A DNA stretch of 63,035 nucleotides, counting the filler, from Asterionella formosa (lineage: Eukaryota), in the NCBI GenBank assembly GCA_002256025.1. It is 28 parts of 28 records of this genome, joined end to end, with 100 filler letters (N's around TTAATTAATTAA, not from the genome) between each part and the next. Parts side by side here need not be neighbours in the genome. Positions count along the whole stretch, not along the records: positions 24,778 to 41,445 come from NKIB01004775.1; 27 more parts are not named here. One strand, written 5' to 3'. The notes under the pieces are model-generated. The model was not told the DNA's origin, searched no databases, and saw only the letters and a list, made by a program, of their open reading frames with translations. Each line of letters starts with the position of its first letter. Within the stretch, counting starts at the first letter, position 1. This document shows positions 25,130 to 38,378 of the stretch, in pieces. Both the position numbers and the translations under genes were made by a program.

Positions 25130-26400
25130 ATTCACTGTCACCTTTTCAACATGATACCCACAACTTGTTCAGCTGTGAACTCAGAACCATTGTCTGTGTG
25201 GACAATATGTGGATATCCAATTAATCCAAATGAAGAGTTTAGTTCAAAGCAGACATACTACTTTGCGTTTTTGTTTGGAATAGCTCTTGAATAGCAGCAT
25301 ATGCCAAAAAATGAAGTGATCCTTCACAACCATACTAATCCATTGCATTACCTGACGATAAACATTGTGTTGTTCATTGGCGCGATAATCAATTAAATCA
25401 ATTTGAATGCGATCACGGAATTCACCAGAATGTATAGGGCATTGGGCTCCTCCCTTAGATTTCGGAATTTGAAGATGGGCATGAATACACCTAGGACACA
25501 TGCACTGATAAATGCATTCATGTGCTGTATTGTGATATTGTAAACATGATGCTTCACCTCTCTCATGTAACAAATGATTTCAAGTGACCAAGACTGTAGT
25601 GAACATCATATATGGCATCAAACGTTTCCTTGCATCGAAGAAGCTTTCTGCCCACATTATCCCCTGCTTTCTCACTGTCTCTCCCAAAAACAAAGAGACT
25701 TTTTATTATATTGCCTTCCACATCTTTCTTTGATCTCACTGAATACTTTTTTACTAGTGAATAACCAATTCGATGTTGTTGCCTGGATTATCCTAGTTTT
25801 CAATTATTTACACAACTTCATTGTGTTTCTCATCAGTCATGTAACATGAACTAGAATTCCTGTTCCTGTTGTGTTATAGACAATTTCATTGTATTTCTCA
25901 TCAGTCATGTCACATGATCATGTTTTTCTGTTCCTGATGTGTTCTTTTCCTTTGTTCCTGTTGTAATTCTTGGAGTCACTTTCCTTGTTTTTGATTTAGC
26001 ATTTTTGATTCTCTTTGCAGTTCTTCTTGCAATCGTTTTTCCCGGTTTCCGCATTTGGAGTTGTTCCTGTTACTGTCGCCTTTTCATTCATTGATTGCGT
26101 TGTTCCAATTTCCGAATTTTGCGATGTTCCTCCTGCTGCTGTTGCCTTTCCATTCCTTTTTGCAGTTATTGCTCCGTTTTCCGCATTTCGGGTTGTGCCT
26201 GCGGCCGCCTTTTCATTCATTGTTGCAGTTGCTGCTCTGCTGGTTGCTTTCTGCAGTTCGAGTTGTGCCTGCAGCCGCCTTTTCATTCCTTGTTGCGGTC
26301 GTGTCTCCGGTTTCCGCATCGACTGGAGTTGTTCCTGATACCACTGTTGCCTTTTCATTCCTTGTTGCAGATGCTGCTCCGGTTCCGCATTTCGAGTTGT
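25130..26400 (-). pseudogene. Degenerate KRBA2/SCAND3-like (Ginger-type) DDE integrase with an upstream 60-70-bp repeat region
   Basis: CPRC..RIQIDLIDY..WISMVVKDHF..GYPHIVHTDNGSEF. About six imperfect ccgcattt...gttg repeats at 26040-26400. Boundaries approximate. Confidence 0.75.
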
Positions 26401-27628
26401 GCCTGTGGAGTTAGCCGGTTGTGTAACTTGCAGTCGTACCAGTCATGAATGGCCGCAGAGGGAGGAGTGGAGAGAGAAAGTGTTGGCAGATCAGTGGTCA
26501 AGAGTTTTTGTCAATGTTGATTGGCTCCTTCAGAGCCAAGGATTGCCAAAGGGGATGATGAGCAGTTAAGAGTGCAGTGGAAGATGTGTCAGCACGACGT
26601 GCAAGTTCTGTTGCATCTCCCTACAACATGCATTGCATCATGGTAGGAATGAGTGTACAGTAGCCGATTCCACAGAGGACCAACAGTGAGTGAGGCGGGC
26701 AAGAGAAAAGCATCTGTGTCATCTCACAGTGGATGCGGCGCAATGCACATTGAAACTTTGCAATAGTCATGCGGGGATGATATGTCATGAAGATGTCTGT
26801 GGTCGTGGCTGGAGTCAGGAGCCAGGAGCCAGGCCAACTTTGAAAAGGACATCCATAACTGAACCAGGAATGTAAGAGGGAGAAGAAGATGAAGACATTG
26901 TTGGTGGCATTTTTAGTAGTGTTGATAAGTGGAACAGTTAAGATGAAGGAAAGATCTTCAATATGATAATGATAGCACGTAGACTGACATAAAGTTGACC
27001 CAGAAAGTATTGATGGAGTGCAGGGACTTTCCCTGGAAAGAATGGAGATATTGGCAGACTCAGTAGACTGGTAAAAATTTGCATGGCAGGACTAACCCAG
27101 AAAGATCGATACACGGCGGATAGTCTGTTCAGGCCAAAAAGTAGGGTTGGAAGGGAAGGCAGAGGAGGCCGAAAAGGGATGGAAGGACAGACCCTTAAAA
27201 TATGACACAACCACAAAGAAAATGAAAATGAGAATATGAATGGCATTCACACCCAGAAAAAAAGAAACAGAGACGAAGCAGACAGAACGGGCGAATTCCG
27301 TAACAGATGGTGGGGGTGTCACAGGAGCGAACAGGATGGTGTGGGCTGGTACAAAGATGGCTGGCGGCGCGCCTCTTGCTTGTGCATGAAGACAAAGAGG
27401 GATGACAAGAATGAGCTTAAGAGAACGACAAGCAAGAGAGTGTACAAAGAAGAAAGGAGGAGAAGGAGAATGGTGTTGTGGTACTAGTCCAGAACTTCAA
27501 GGAATGGGCCAGTCTCTGTATTCGAAAAATTACATTAAAATAAGAAGAAAGCCACAGTACAGAATTGTTTGTTCTATTGATTGCACAGAAAGCTAAAGCT
27601 GAAGCGACAAAGGAGTGGGGTTGAACGA

Positions 27629-27648
27629 TACTCCCTCTGTTCCGGTAT
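27629..27648 (+). mobile_element. Tc1/mariner-pogo terminal repeat split by the family A insertion (continues at 37034)
   Basis: tactccctct-gttccggtat joined to agttgcaacc (37034-37043) aligns without gaps to the termini at 39620 and 56607. Confidence 0.75.
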
Positions 27649-27675
27649 CGTCTGCAAATAAAAAGTATCATGCAT

Positions 27676-28442
27676 TTTACAACCTCTTGATATTTTCATC
27701 ATAGTCTGATTGAGTTATGCTCGTGTTTGTTCCTTTGTGAAGGACCATATTTATTTCTTCCCATGCCTCTGAGGTTAGTACTAGCCATATCTGCTGGATG
27801 GCTGTCTTCATCCATCTGCTAGCTTGAACGGTGGTGACCTCCTGATCTGGGTCTGATAACATTGCCCCGACCAGGTTGTTGTTAGATAACCCCTTAGAGT
27901 GAGAATTCTTCCTATTTTTCGTTAGTTGTCCACTGCCATCGTGAGTGCCTTCTTTGTGAGTTGGGGTGTGACCTGTGGAAAGTGTATTCCAAATGGTTTG
28001 GTGGGAGAATTTTGCAGCAAATGAGATATGTAGGCAACAACTATCGATGAGATGTGAGAGCCACCTGGAACTTTGTGAAGTTGCGATGCTAAGTATCATG
28101 TCATGCGTATTCCCCAGTTGTACTTTATTTTCGGATGATTGCAGTTCAAGAGGTTTTCTGTTGACTCATACTCTTTGCAGTGAGGGCATTCTAAGCTCCC
28201 TTTGACTGTAATTTCTCTCCTTGCACCTGTTAGTAACCAGCCATGAACAAATTTCGAAATCATTGTTCTCGCTGACCCTGATTTCGCCTTGAAGGCCATG
28301 GAAAATGCCAACCAGTGTATATTGGAATATTCAAATGCAATCTTATGTTTTTTGAGAAATATTTCTTGTCTTCTGTTTCCTGAATTGAAGACCTTATCCT
28401 ATATGATATTTCACTGTGGATGCGTGCTTTTCCCAATAACAT
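27676..28442 (-). mobile_element. Non-LTR retrotransposon C-terminal (zinc-finger) fragment between two copies of a 26-bp terminal sequence
   Basis: ISKFVHGWL..CPHCKEYESTENLLNC. Flanked by gtctgcaaataaaaagtatcatgcat at 27650-27675 and 28443-28468. Confidence 0.7.
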
Positions 28443-29941
28443 GTCTGCAAATAAAAAGTATCATGCATATAGGATCAAGGGTATCGTACGCTAAGTGGCA
28501 CAGGATTTTCGTATATATGATAATTTTTGGATCAAAAATATGATCAAGGTATCTTGTAACTATGATGATTTATTAATATTTTACCGACCTTGAAGTATAA
28601 TGATAATAAGAACATTATCATCACACAATGTATATAAACTGATCAACAACATTTCCCATCAATATCATAAACCTCATATTATTTTCACTTCTCGTTATCG
28701 CCTGATGTAAATTATAACTACAACGTATCCTAAAACCAGCTCAACTCTATGCTATCATGTGAATTGTTTCATCGTTAATCTATCGTAAACATGATCATAA
28801 TTCTAATCACAGGCAATGTTCAAAATAGATTGAAATGGATCGTAATTTAACTATCAAATTAAGCAATGCTATCTATTAATCTACATGCCAGCAACCCAAC
28901 GTTTCTCTCTCTACTCGGCTCAATGTATATTGTTCCTGTCTCACCCTTTTCTTCCTCTTTTCTGAATCTTGTGCCAAGCAATGCCTTACTAATGTTGTCT
29001 CTCTCTCCCTGCTGTTAGTGTCATTGTGAACTCGCCGGCTATTCCGTTTGATCGGTTTTATTTTCCTATGCATGCAGTTACAGTAACAATGAGAAGGAAT
29101 GATTTGTTAGCTAGTCATGTTACATTGACACAAGAACACGCAATTCCATCGTATCCTCTTGCTTCACTTACCACAAATCAATGCAACTGAGGATGCATAA
29201 GTCTGTAATAATAACTGGTCAGTAAATTCTTGAATAAGTAAGTTTCGGGTATCCAATGTTGTCGAATAAAACTTACCGCTTCATTTTTGTCAGCTTAACT
29301 TTGAGAGAGGGTAAACGTTTTGTCAGTTTTGTTCCAACAGAAGTGAATAGGTCCAACGAGCGACAAGAGCACTTACGCAATTTGGTTTTGTTTTACATAG
29401 GTGCTCCCCAACAAGCGAAACGAGCTGTTGAATCAACTGAGAAAAAAGGAAATGTGCGTTTAGTTAAAAATTTGTTGTTGTCCTGCCTCCCAACGATTGT
29501 CATCCAAGTACCACATTTATGGCTTCATTACCTTAAACATTCTCCATCCTTCGAAGGCGCAATGTGTCGAAGCCACAATGTTTTTCGTTATGTAGTATTG
29601 CGTAAACTTTCTTTTCTTGTCATGTGCTTTACTACGTAAAATTAAAAACCAATAGTCGGAGTAATAAGCAAGCAACAGAACACCATATGTCTATGACTGC
29701 TGCTACTGCATCGGGACAGTCAATCATCATAGTTTTAGGATTGTATGATCGTAAAACTAAAAACCAATAGTCGGAGTAATAAGCAAGCAACAGAAAACCA
29801 TATCTCTATGACTACTGCTACTGCAGTGGGACAGTAAATGAATTTAAGATCATCGAACTTTAAGGAAGACAACGACAACAGTTATCAAGTAGTACAATCT
29901 CTTCAAGAAACCATAAAGAGGTTCATGAAAACAAGCGACAT

Positions 29942-31474
29942 GTGTCAAATACTGCCGGTATGGAACAAAGAAGCAAGTCCCAAAATGAGTTAACAAAGAA
30001 AAAGCGAATAGGCGATTATCCAAAGCAACCCAATTGGCGATTGGGAGACATTGGGGGTAATACCCCATCTGCTACTAGTACAAAGGATCCCATAATTGAT
30101 ACTGACAGCGATGATGAAGATTCTACTTCAGTTATTGATACAAGAAAAATGGCTCCTGTCGATAATACCATTAATAACTCCCGGATGCAGATGGATGACA
30201 TGGTTTGATGTTATAGTTCGTGAATTGCAGGTACTGTAAAAAAGAATATCAATCAAATGTGCTTTTTTCTGGTCCCAAAAGAGAATCAAACATCCCGCCC
30301 TGCCTATCTGGTCCAAGTAGTATGAAAGGCATTTCCAATCACAAACAGGATTGGTTTGCCGAATGTTGCCTAACTCGGCTATACACAGTGAAACCGGAGT
30401 TAGGCAAAGAAGTGGAGAGTGACCCAGAGCTTGCCGATTTCATATGGAATGGTTCTGATGCACTACTTCCAATGAATCAGACCATTGAACATACCAACAA
30501 GGCACGTTTAGATTACATCAAATCAACATTTGGTGGCATGTGCATAAAAAAGTTGAGAGAATGTCAGAATGTATTGAATAATCAATTTAAAGGAATCTTA
30601 GGTAAGTTCTTGCAGGGAGATGCTCTGAAAACATAATGTTTTGAGTCAGTGATTATATTCTTATCAAATATGTTTGAAATAAAAATGCTAACATAATTCA
30701 TGACACACCAGCTGGTCTAACAGAATATAGCTAAGGATATTGATGACTTTATTAGGTGGGCGTTCACGCTTTATCGTTTTGCGCAGTCAAAGTCAAAGGA
30801 CATTGACAGGGGAAGCCAGGCCAAGGATACCAAGTCTGGCGTGATGTTCTTGCTCCGGTGTATTTTATAGGCAGGACAAGCCGTGGAGAACCATTTTTAA
30901 CAGGAGACAAATCTGTTGTGACCAAATTTCAACTCAGTCTTCGGGCACAGTGTGAATTGCAAACACGTTTTGTTGGTTCGCTGATCAATGCCAGTACAGA
31001 AGCATTTTGCTTCTTGGTGCTGAAAGGAAAATTCCGATTGCAACAAAAATATTTGGATTTCAATCCAGATACCCATGAAATTTCAGAGAACGATATTCGT
31101 CATTCTACCGATTTTGTCGACATTGTTGGGAAACCACTTATTAAAAAAGCGTGAGGGAAGAAAGTTCACTTTCAAATGGTCTCACTGATCAATGGACTGA
31201 TGATATTGATTTATTCGTTTGTTATAAGGAAATCTACACTGGACTTTCACAAAAGAATCGATCTGAATATGGAAGGAATCCTAGTGGAATTGCTACTCCC
31301 ACCACAAATATCATCTACCCACACTCATACTTCTCATTTCCCAACGTAAGTGAAGAGGATATGCATCAATATGTTGAATCACTTCAACCAAATGTTCCTG
31401 AAAAGAATATTGATTATAATGGCCGCATTAATCAATGGGACATTGATGACGACGTTGATTTTGAATGGATCTAA
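29942..31474 (+). pseudogene. Family A accessory ORF1, unknown function (fragmented, probably spliced)
   Basis: Consecutive + ORFs 29942-30208, 30220-30636, 30858-31154 and 31151-31474; donor-like G|GTAAGT at ~30602 with gctaac downstream. Confidence 0.55.
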
Positions 31475-31768
31475 TAGAATCCAATGCATACTTAGTAGTT
31501 ACATAATAATTATAGTTAGTGTGAGACTTCTACAATGCAAGCCATATCATAGATGATAGGAAAACATTGATTATGCTCTATACTACTATTAGTTTAGTGC
31601 CGCCTATACTACATGTAGCGGTATACCTCCATTTTTACTACTATGGTGGAGTGACAATTTCACGACTATGTATTTTCCAGCACAGCATGTTCGAAGTGGC
31701 GCTCAATTTATTATTATATATTAATTCATTTCCATTCTATCCTTTTCATATCCTGACTTGGTCATCAT

Positions 31769-33441
31769 TTGCAATTTGCAATGTCTTTGCACACATTGCA
31801 ATGGTGTTATCTGTGTAACTACAAATTTCGGAAGAACAAATCCCCATCTGAGTCTCACAATCGAAATTGTAGCAACCGTGTTTTTTATGCATATGGTCAC
31901 TGTCGACATTGCATGCAGGAACATCGAGTTCCTGGAATACATAGTGAAACAATATATTGCGGTAGTGCATCTAATCATTCAAGGAAAGAAGTTAATGATG
32001 GCAGTGTGGTAACTGCTGCAGCATTTAGGGAGATTAGACAAGAAAAGATTATGTGTCCTATCCTTGGATCAAGTGACCACAATCATCCACTTCATGACGA
32101 CAGCGACGATTCAGTTTATAACAATATTCAGTCACAACAGGACGAAAAATTGAGACTAAAAACTCTCCAAGGGTTGAATTCAGAAACCATGCAATATTCA
32201 GATTTTCAAGATCGCACCGGCTTTCTCCCTGAAAATGCAATGGAAATGCCCCTTCTTCCTCAATTTCAACTTCCAAGTAAACATTCTCTGAACATGCATC
32301 CAATTGATTTAGAACTCATGTTATTCCTCAACGAGAATTATCTTCCACCAGTTTACTTTGATTATCTAATGAAATGGCTGTTCAAGGCAAAAGCAATGAA
32401 ATATTTTGATGGAAGGTATCAAGCTCCATCCTACCAGACTTTGAAGAAACGCATGGATATTTCATTTCCACCAACATTAGCTGGTGGTCAACAGTTGACC
32501 AAACAAATAAAGATTGATAACAATTCAAATATGATCATCCCACGCACACTCCATTATTTCGAACCAGTAAAGCTCATGGCGGGATTGCTACCACGTGATT
32601 CCGATATCATGCAACATTTTGTATGTCACCCACAAGTGAAACTTACAGCTTGTGGAGAACGCATATATGACGAAGTAACTTCCGCGACTTGGTTTGAAAA
32701 TGCATTCAACAATTCTCCTGCATCAGAAAATGGAGTGTTGAAGCCAAGACAGGGTGTTTATTTGTTGCCCTAGCAGTTTTCAGTGATGGTTCACCTATTG
32801 ATAAACAAATGAAACATTGCGAGCATCCGTTTTTGCTGATAATGTTAAACTTAACGTTAGAAGGAAGAAAAAAGTTGATGGATGGCAATTAGTATCTCTT
32901 TTGCCAGACATTGAAGTCAGTGATCTGGAGAAACAAATGAATAATAAGTTATCTGGTGACGACTTGTCCTTATATAGACTCAAATTATATCATTCAGTTA
33001 CAGGATTTCTATTGTCGCCTTTCGAAGAGGGATGCAAACAAGTCATACGATATTTGGGTTCATGGTCTTGGTATGACAAAAGTTTATTTCCAGATTGGAA
33101 TGATCATTGGTGATACAGAAGAACACAATAAAATTTGTGGTTTCAGGGGTGGTAATGGATTATATCGACGATATGTTTGTCGTGATTGCCTGGTTTCAAC
33201 TGAGGATGCTGATAATCCTGATATTGGATGTGAACGTTGTAAAGTGTCAGATGTTAAAAAGTTTTTAAACCAATTTCTTGACAAAAATGCATATCCTGAT
33301 GGAAAATTATCATGTATCCCACCTGAGCATTGTGTCTCCCAATCTAATGGCAAATACGCAACAGCAAACGAGTGGTGCCGTGTTATATCGCATAATCCTA
33401 TTATGCCTGCACTAATAAATCATTTTTTGGTGGTGACTTAG
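31769..33441 (+). pseudogene. Plavaka-type transposase, about three frameshifts, C-terminally truncated
   Basis: GERIYDEVTSATWF..LAVFSDG..EHPFLLIMLNL..WQLVSLLP..LYHSV..LLSPF..IIGDTEEHNKICG..CRDC, matching the Plavaka motif order in sequence. Confidence 0.85.
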
Positions 33442-33455
33442 AAGCAAGTTTGTCA

Positions 33456-35140
33456 TTACTTTGTTGTATCATGGATTTTAGCTACGTAGACAACTTCATC
33501 CTTCTTGAAAGAAGAGTTGCAAGGAACTCGTCCAAATACTTCGTTCAACATTTTTAAATCTAAATAGGATGTCAAAATTTTGTCAATACAAAATTGAAGA
33601 ACAGTTATTGACAACTGAAACATATCCTCACGAGAATTTGTCGTTGTCACTTGAGGCCAAACTGTTCCAAGATGAAAGTATGTTGACTTGGTTGGTGGGT
33701 CAAATGTAATGCATAAGAAATCGTCTGTTCGATCTGTTGCTACCACCTGACGTTTTAAAGCTTTCCAGGACTCAGTCTCCAAACGGAAATGTGCCCGTTT
33801 GCCAAGAAATTTGGTTTTGCCATTCCTTTCTAATTGCAATAGAGTTTCCAACACTTTCATAATTTTAAAAGGTCCACATGACCATCCACTGTCATCTTCT
33901 GGTTGAAATAACATGGAATCATGTTCAGTGGCCATACTGATCTGCAATGGTGCTTTGGTGCCAGTATAGAAAGATCCCGAGAACCCAATTTCTTCAGGCA
34001 TATGGGATTCTTGTGGAAGATATCCTGTATCGGTGCATAAAAATTCCAATTCTTTTCTGCATCCGGGGATGATGCAGTACTTACGGGCAAGGTGAATTAC
34101 TTGATCATAATGTTCATCCACACTTGCATCTTTTCCTGGGTCACGGACTTGACATAATCAATCATTTATAGCAAAAAGATAATGCACAAAATGATTGTTT
34201 TCCTCCTCATCTGATCTTTTGCAATACACAATTAGCACATAGTTACTTTCGTGATGAAGTTGATGACAATCACCTTGGTATATATATGGATTGTTATTAC
34301 CCTTTTCTGGGTTCTCATCCAGATCAAATATAATCTTTACATCACTTGGATGAAGTTCATGAATTATACAATTGATCATAGAGGTAATTGTTTCAAGGTC
34401 CCAATATGCAAGATCTTTAAAATCTGAAGATGATTTTTTGATACCTTTGACTCCATAAAATACAGAGGCGTAATTGCATATATCTTGCGGGGTACGAGTT
34501 TTCAACTCTTTCCACAATTTTAGTTGTCCATGCGATTTCGGCAAACTCAAGGAAAATGCCGTTTGCTTTGGCATAATCACTCTACACATTTCACATGCCA
34601 AGCGACTCTTCACAAAAGTAGCTGCCTTCTGGATTGTTTTCAATGATTTTACAAAGAAATTCTTTTTCTTCCATATATGATTTGGAAAAGATTCAATTTT
34701 GTGTTTCTGACTTCGTTCCCTAATCAGAGCATCAACTGCCTTAGCCAGCATCACATCTCTGTCTGCATTGATCTTCTTGAATTCGAGGTCTTGATCTAGC
34801 TCAGACTTTTTCTTGAATATCTGTTCTTTTAGGAATGCAATAGTTTCTCTGCTTTAATGATGGTCATCTTGATGTTCTGGACGGATAGTGAGATATGTTT
34901 CTTGGTTTTGCATTTTTTCAACCATTTCTACTTCTGAAGAAATGTCTGCCACATTTCCGCCGATATTTTCATTCATCGCATGATTTTTTTCATCAAATGA
35001 ATGAGAATCACTGTGTTCTTCTTCATTACGAAGACCAACTGTTTGGGTTTCCTCTTCGAAAGCAATCTTTCCATCTTTTCAATCTCAGCCACTATTGTAT
35101 CGGCATTAGTCAAAGGGCCAGAAGACAATGATGTAAAACA
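33456..35140 (-). pseudogene. Ulp1-like (C48/papain-fold) cysteine protease carried by family A
   Basis: ORFs 34158-34754 and 33456-34121 are in the same frame, split by one TGA. Motifs NNHFVHY (His), VRDP (Asp) and FQPEDDSGWSCGPF (Gln..Cys). 5' boundary approximate. Confidence 0.6.
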
Positions 35141-38100
35141 GTGGAAGGGAAACGCGGAGCTTATTGCAGCGCTTGTGGAGGTGGAACTGGTGTGAGACGA
35201 TGGCAACCGAGTGTAGTAATTGTTGAACAGAGCACAGTGTAATATGCATGTTCCGCCAGTGTAGTGTTTACACAATACACATGCTGGCATATATATAGCT
35301 AAAACAACGAAAGTCGACACGACAATGAACGTGATGGCTGGTTGTTGAGGATACCGGTATGCGATATGCATCAATCCATGTCACAAATCATATTATAGTG
35401 ATGTACATATCAACGCATCCGTATACTTAGATCCTATCCACTGTATAATACTATCATATTAACTGTTGACTTTAACTGTATACATTAGACGACAAACATA
35501 TATATTAATTAACATACTTTATGATTGCTTGATTTATATTCTGTGATGTATCGATAACACTTGCGTACAAATTTTATCGTATTTTATTGTCATTGTACTA
35601 TTTTTACATGATCATATTTTGATCAAAATTATATCATAAACATTTTATAAAATTATCATAGTTTTATGATCAATGTATCATAGCTATGTGATGTACTTTA
35701 TTCAATATTACGTATCATAATTTGGTTATGTATGCATCGATGTAAACCTATCATGATATCACATTATCAACTTATCAATCATGATGAGATGATTGGGAAT
35801 CAACTGTATTCTGCATCGTGCTACGGGGTATATTATTATATCACGCAATTTAGTAGCTAAGTCACTCCGCCTGTAATGTACAAAAGTCGACAATTCACAT
35901 ACTCACACGCTAATCAGGTTTGAGGCAACGGACAGTGGTTCCAACGAGCGAATGATGATACCACGAGTACCAATTTTTCCAGCGAAAGAACTTGTCTCTC
36001 TATTGATGAGGATGACACGGACACCGACTTTTCCAGGAGCAAACAACAATGAAGAGACCCACTTCGTCTGCGTCGCTCTATTGATGGTAACAAAGATGAG
36101 AACAAGCTCAACAGTGAATACAAGAACAACATACCAATGAAAACAAGTTGACAGTGTGTGTACACACACGCCAAGCAGGTTTGAGGCAACGGACAATTCC
36201 AACAAGCAAATGACGATACAGATATCAAATTTTTCCTACGAGCAAACAACAATGAAAAGAGCCACTTGCTTTCGCTCTCTTGATGGTATCAAAGATGCGG
36301 ACAAGTTCAATAGTCTATTCAAGTACAGTATGCCAAATGCAGAAACGAGCGAGCGATATGAAAATGAAATGCGTTCTAATCAGAATCATTCTATAACACT
36401 AGCTATGTGGAAAGTAGTCTGTTACGCACATTTTCGTATCTCCTTCTATGCTGAATCTCAATAGTAGATGTAGTATCATGTGAGAATTGAAAATGTCAAT
36501 GAGAACAAGTAGAATGTGTTTGTTTTCGGGTTGATTGGCGAAATTGTCATGCTGAAGTCGACGAAACGGATTTACTTTGTGCACTGTGTGCGGAGCCATT
36601 ACGAGTTCGAATGATTTCTTCTCTGTAAACTCTTAATTGAATGATTATGAACAATGGTTCACTGCACATGACGATTACTCGAAGATATAATGATCACTTG
36701 ACCAACAAATTGAAGATGTTATCGCAAACATTCATTCCGCTTGTCATCGCTAGTATTTCGTTGTTGTTGCAAAAATCAGAGTGATGACGGATGGAAATGA
36801 CGAGCCGAATTACATTACTTTAGCTGGTACATTATCCTACCAAGCAATTCGAAGACAATAATCAAATAGAAACAATACATATAATAATTAAATATATGTA
36901 GTCAAAAGGGTTACTATTTAAATTACAAAGGCATTTATCAAAATTATTAGATGATACAACGAAATATTATGATCAGATGATCACAATCCTATGATGCATC
37001 ATGGAAATATGATAGTTTTTATTTGCAGACGATAGTTGCAACCTACCTTTAGGTCACTGGTGCCTCACATGAAGGGCAACCTCCAATAAACCTCCTTCTA
37101 GTAGCCCCTCCTCTATAAAAATGATTCCGAACATAATGGTGATTATAATAGATGTTCTAATAATGATATAGCCTAGAAAAAAGGTGAACCTGACTTCATT
37201 TTATTTTTTTGGCGCATTTTTCGTAAAATCGCACCCCGATCAGAACGTTTGCTCAGCGGGAACCCCCTTTTTCGTTGACCCTTCGTTGTTCAATAGACAT
37301 TATTAGAAATGAATTGTATAATATTTCTACTAGCATCGGGTACAACTACTGGTAGCTACTAATCGTTGTAGCATATGATGATGCTAGCATGCAAATAGTT
37401 TCTCAAATCCTAATCAATATAAAACCGTTCATTATTGGTTGTTTTCATCATTTCGGCCGGAAAAGGAGAACGATTTGATTTTGGAGAGAATAAAGCAACG
37501 TAAGCAAGATTTGCTTACTATTGTATTGCTTAGTAGGGCCACCCCTCTATTGCCCTGGTCATTGTTGTGTTTTCTTGACGTTCTTTCCCTGTTTTGGAGA
37601 ATAAAATTAGCATAAAACCTAGTACGTCACTAAGTGGTGATCACCATGCATACAGATGATTTTAAAGAGTGAATTGATGACGTCTTCTATGTAAATAAAC
37701 GCCTGTACTGCGTCAAATTATCAATTTCAGCAAAATGACCACAACTTGAAGTACTTCATTCTTTGCATAAGGGTCATTCTCTGAAAACTATTCATATTTG
37801 GCCGCAAGTTCTACTAGTTGTTGTCAGCAATTCTATTCGTAGTCTGCAAGTTCTAGTCTTTGTCAGCAAATTCTAAATGTAGAATGATTCCTATTGGTAT
37901 TTCGGAGCAAGAAGACATCAGTTTGCTGAACTGCTTGATCAGGCAGCAAATCCAAGTCATGTTGCTTCATAGTTTGATAATGCAAACAACCGTCATCAGT
38001 CAATAAGAGTAATGTTTTCATAAATTACTGAAGGAGTTTTATTTTCATCGAAAGCTGGCCTAGCTACCTCATCCGGCAGGCATGGGGCGAATCATTGGGA

Positions 38101-38378
38101 GTGAATTGTAACTGTGGGCATAAAATGTGTGCTACCTGGTACCAGACCTTCCAGAACAATGAAGTTAAACGTTAAATGCATATGTCCCGTAGACTGAGTC
38201 ATAGTCGTATGTAACAAAAGGTCTGGCGATGTACGGAGTACCGCTTTTAGTCTCTACATACCGGTACTACCCCGCCGTAATGATGGTGATGGTGAAATGG
38301 ATCTGACAGTGGTTTGCCAGGAGACCAACAATCGTTGTTCGCAATACATCATACCAGCAACTTTCAATATTTGATTCA

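Larger units (their letters stand above)
27649..37031 (+). mobile_element. Plavaka-type (CACTA/EnSpm-related) DNA transposon, family A, 9383 bp, internally deleted
   Basis: 23-bp TIR CGTCTGCAAATAAAAA(G/C)TATCAT at 27649 and 37009-37031; AT on both flanks; another copy ends at the same base (56098) with a different flank. Contains transposase and protease ORFs; pieces recur on at least seven other contigs. Confidence 0.88.

Noticed and set aside
26440..27620. Short ORFs on both strands
   Set aside because: Purine-skewed, probably decayed retroelement DNA with no diagnostic motif.
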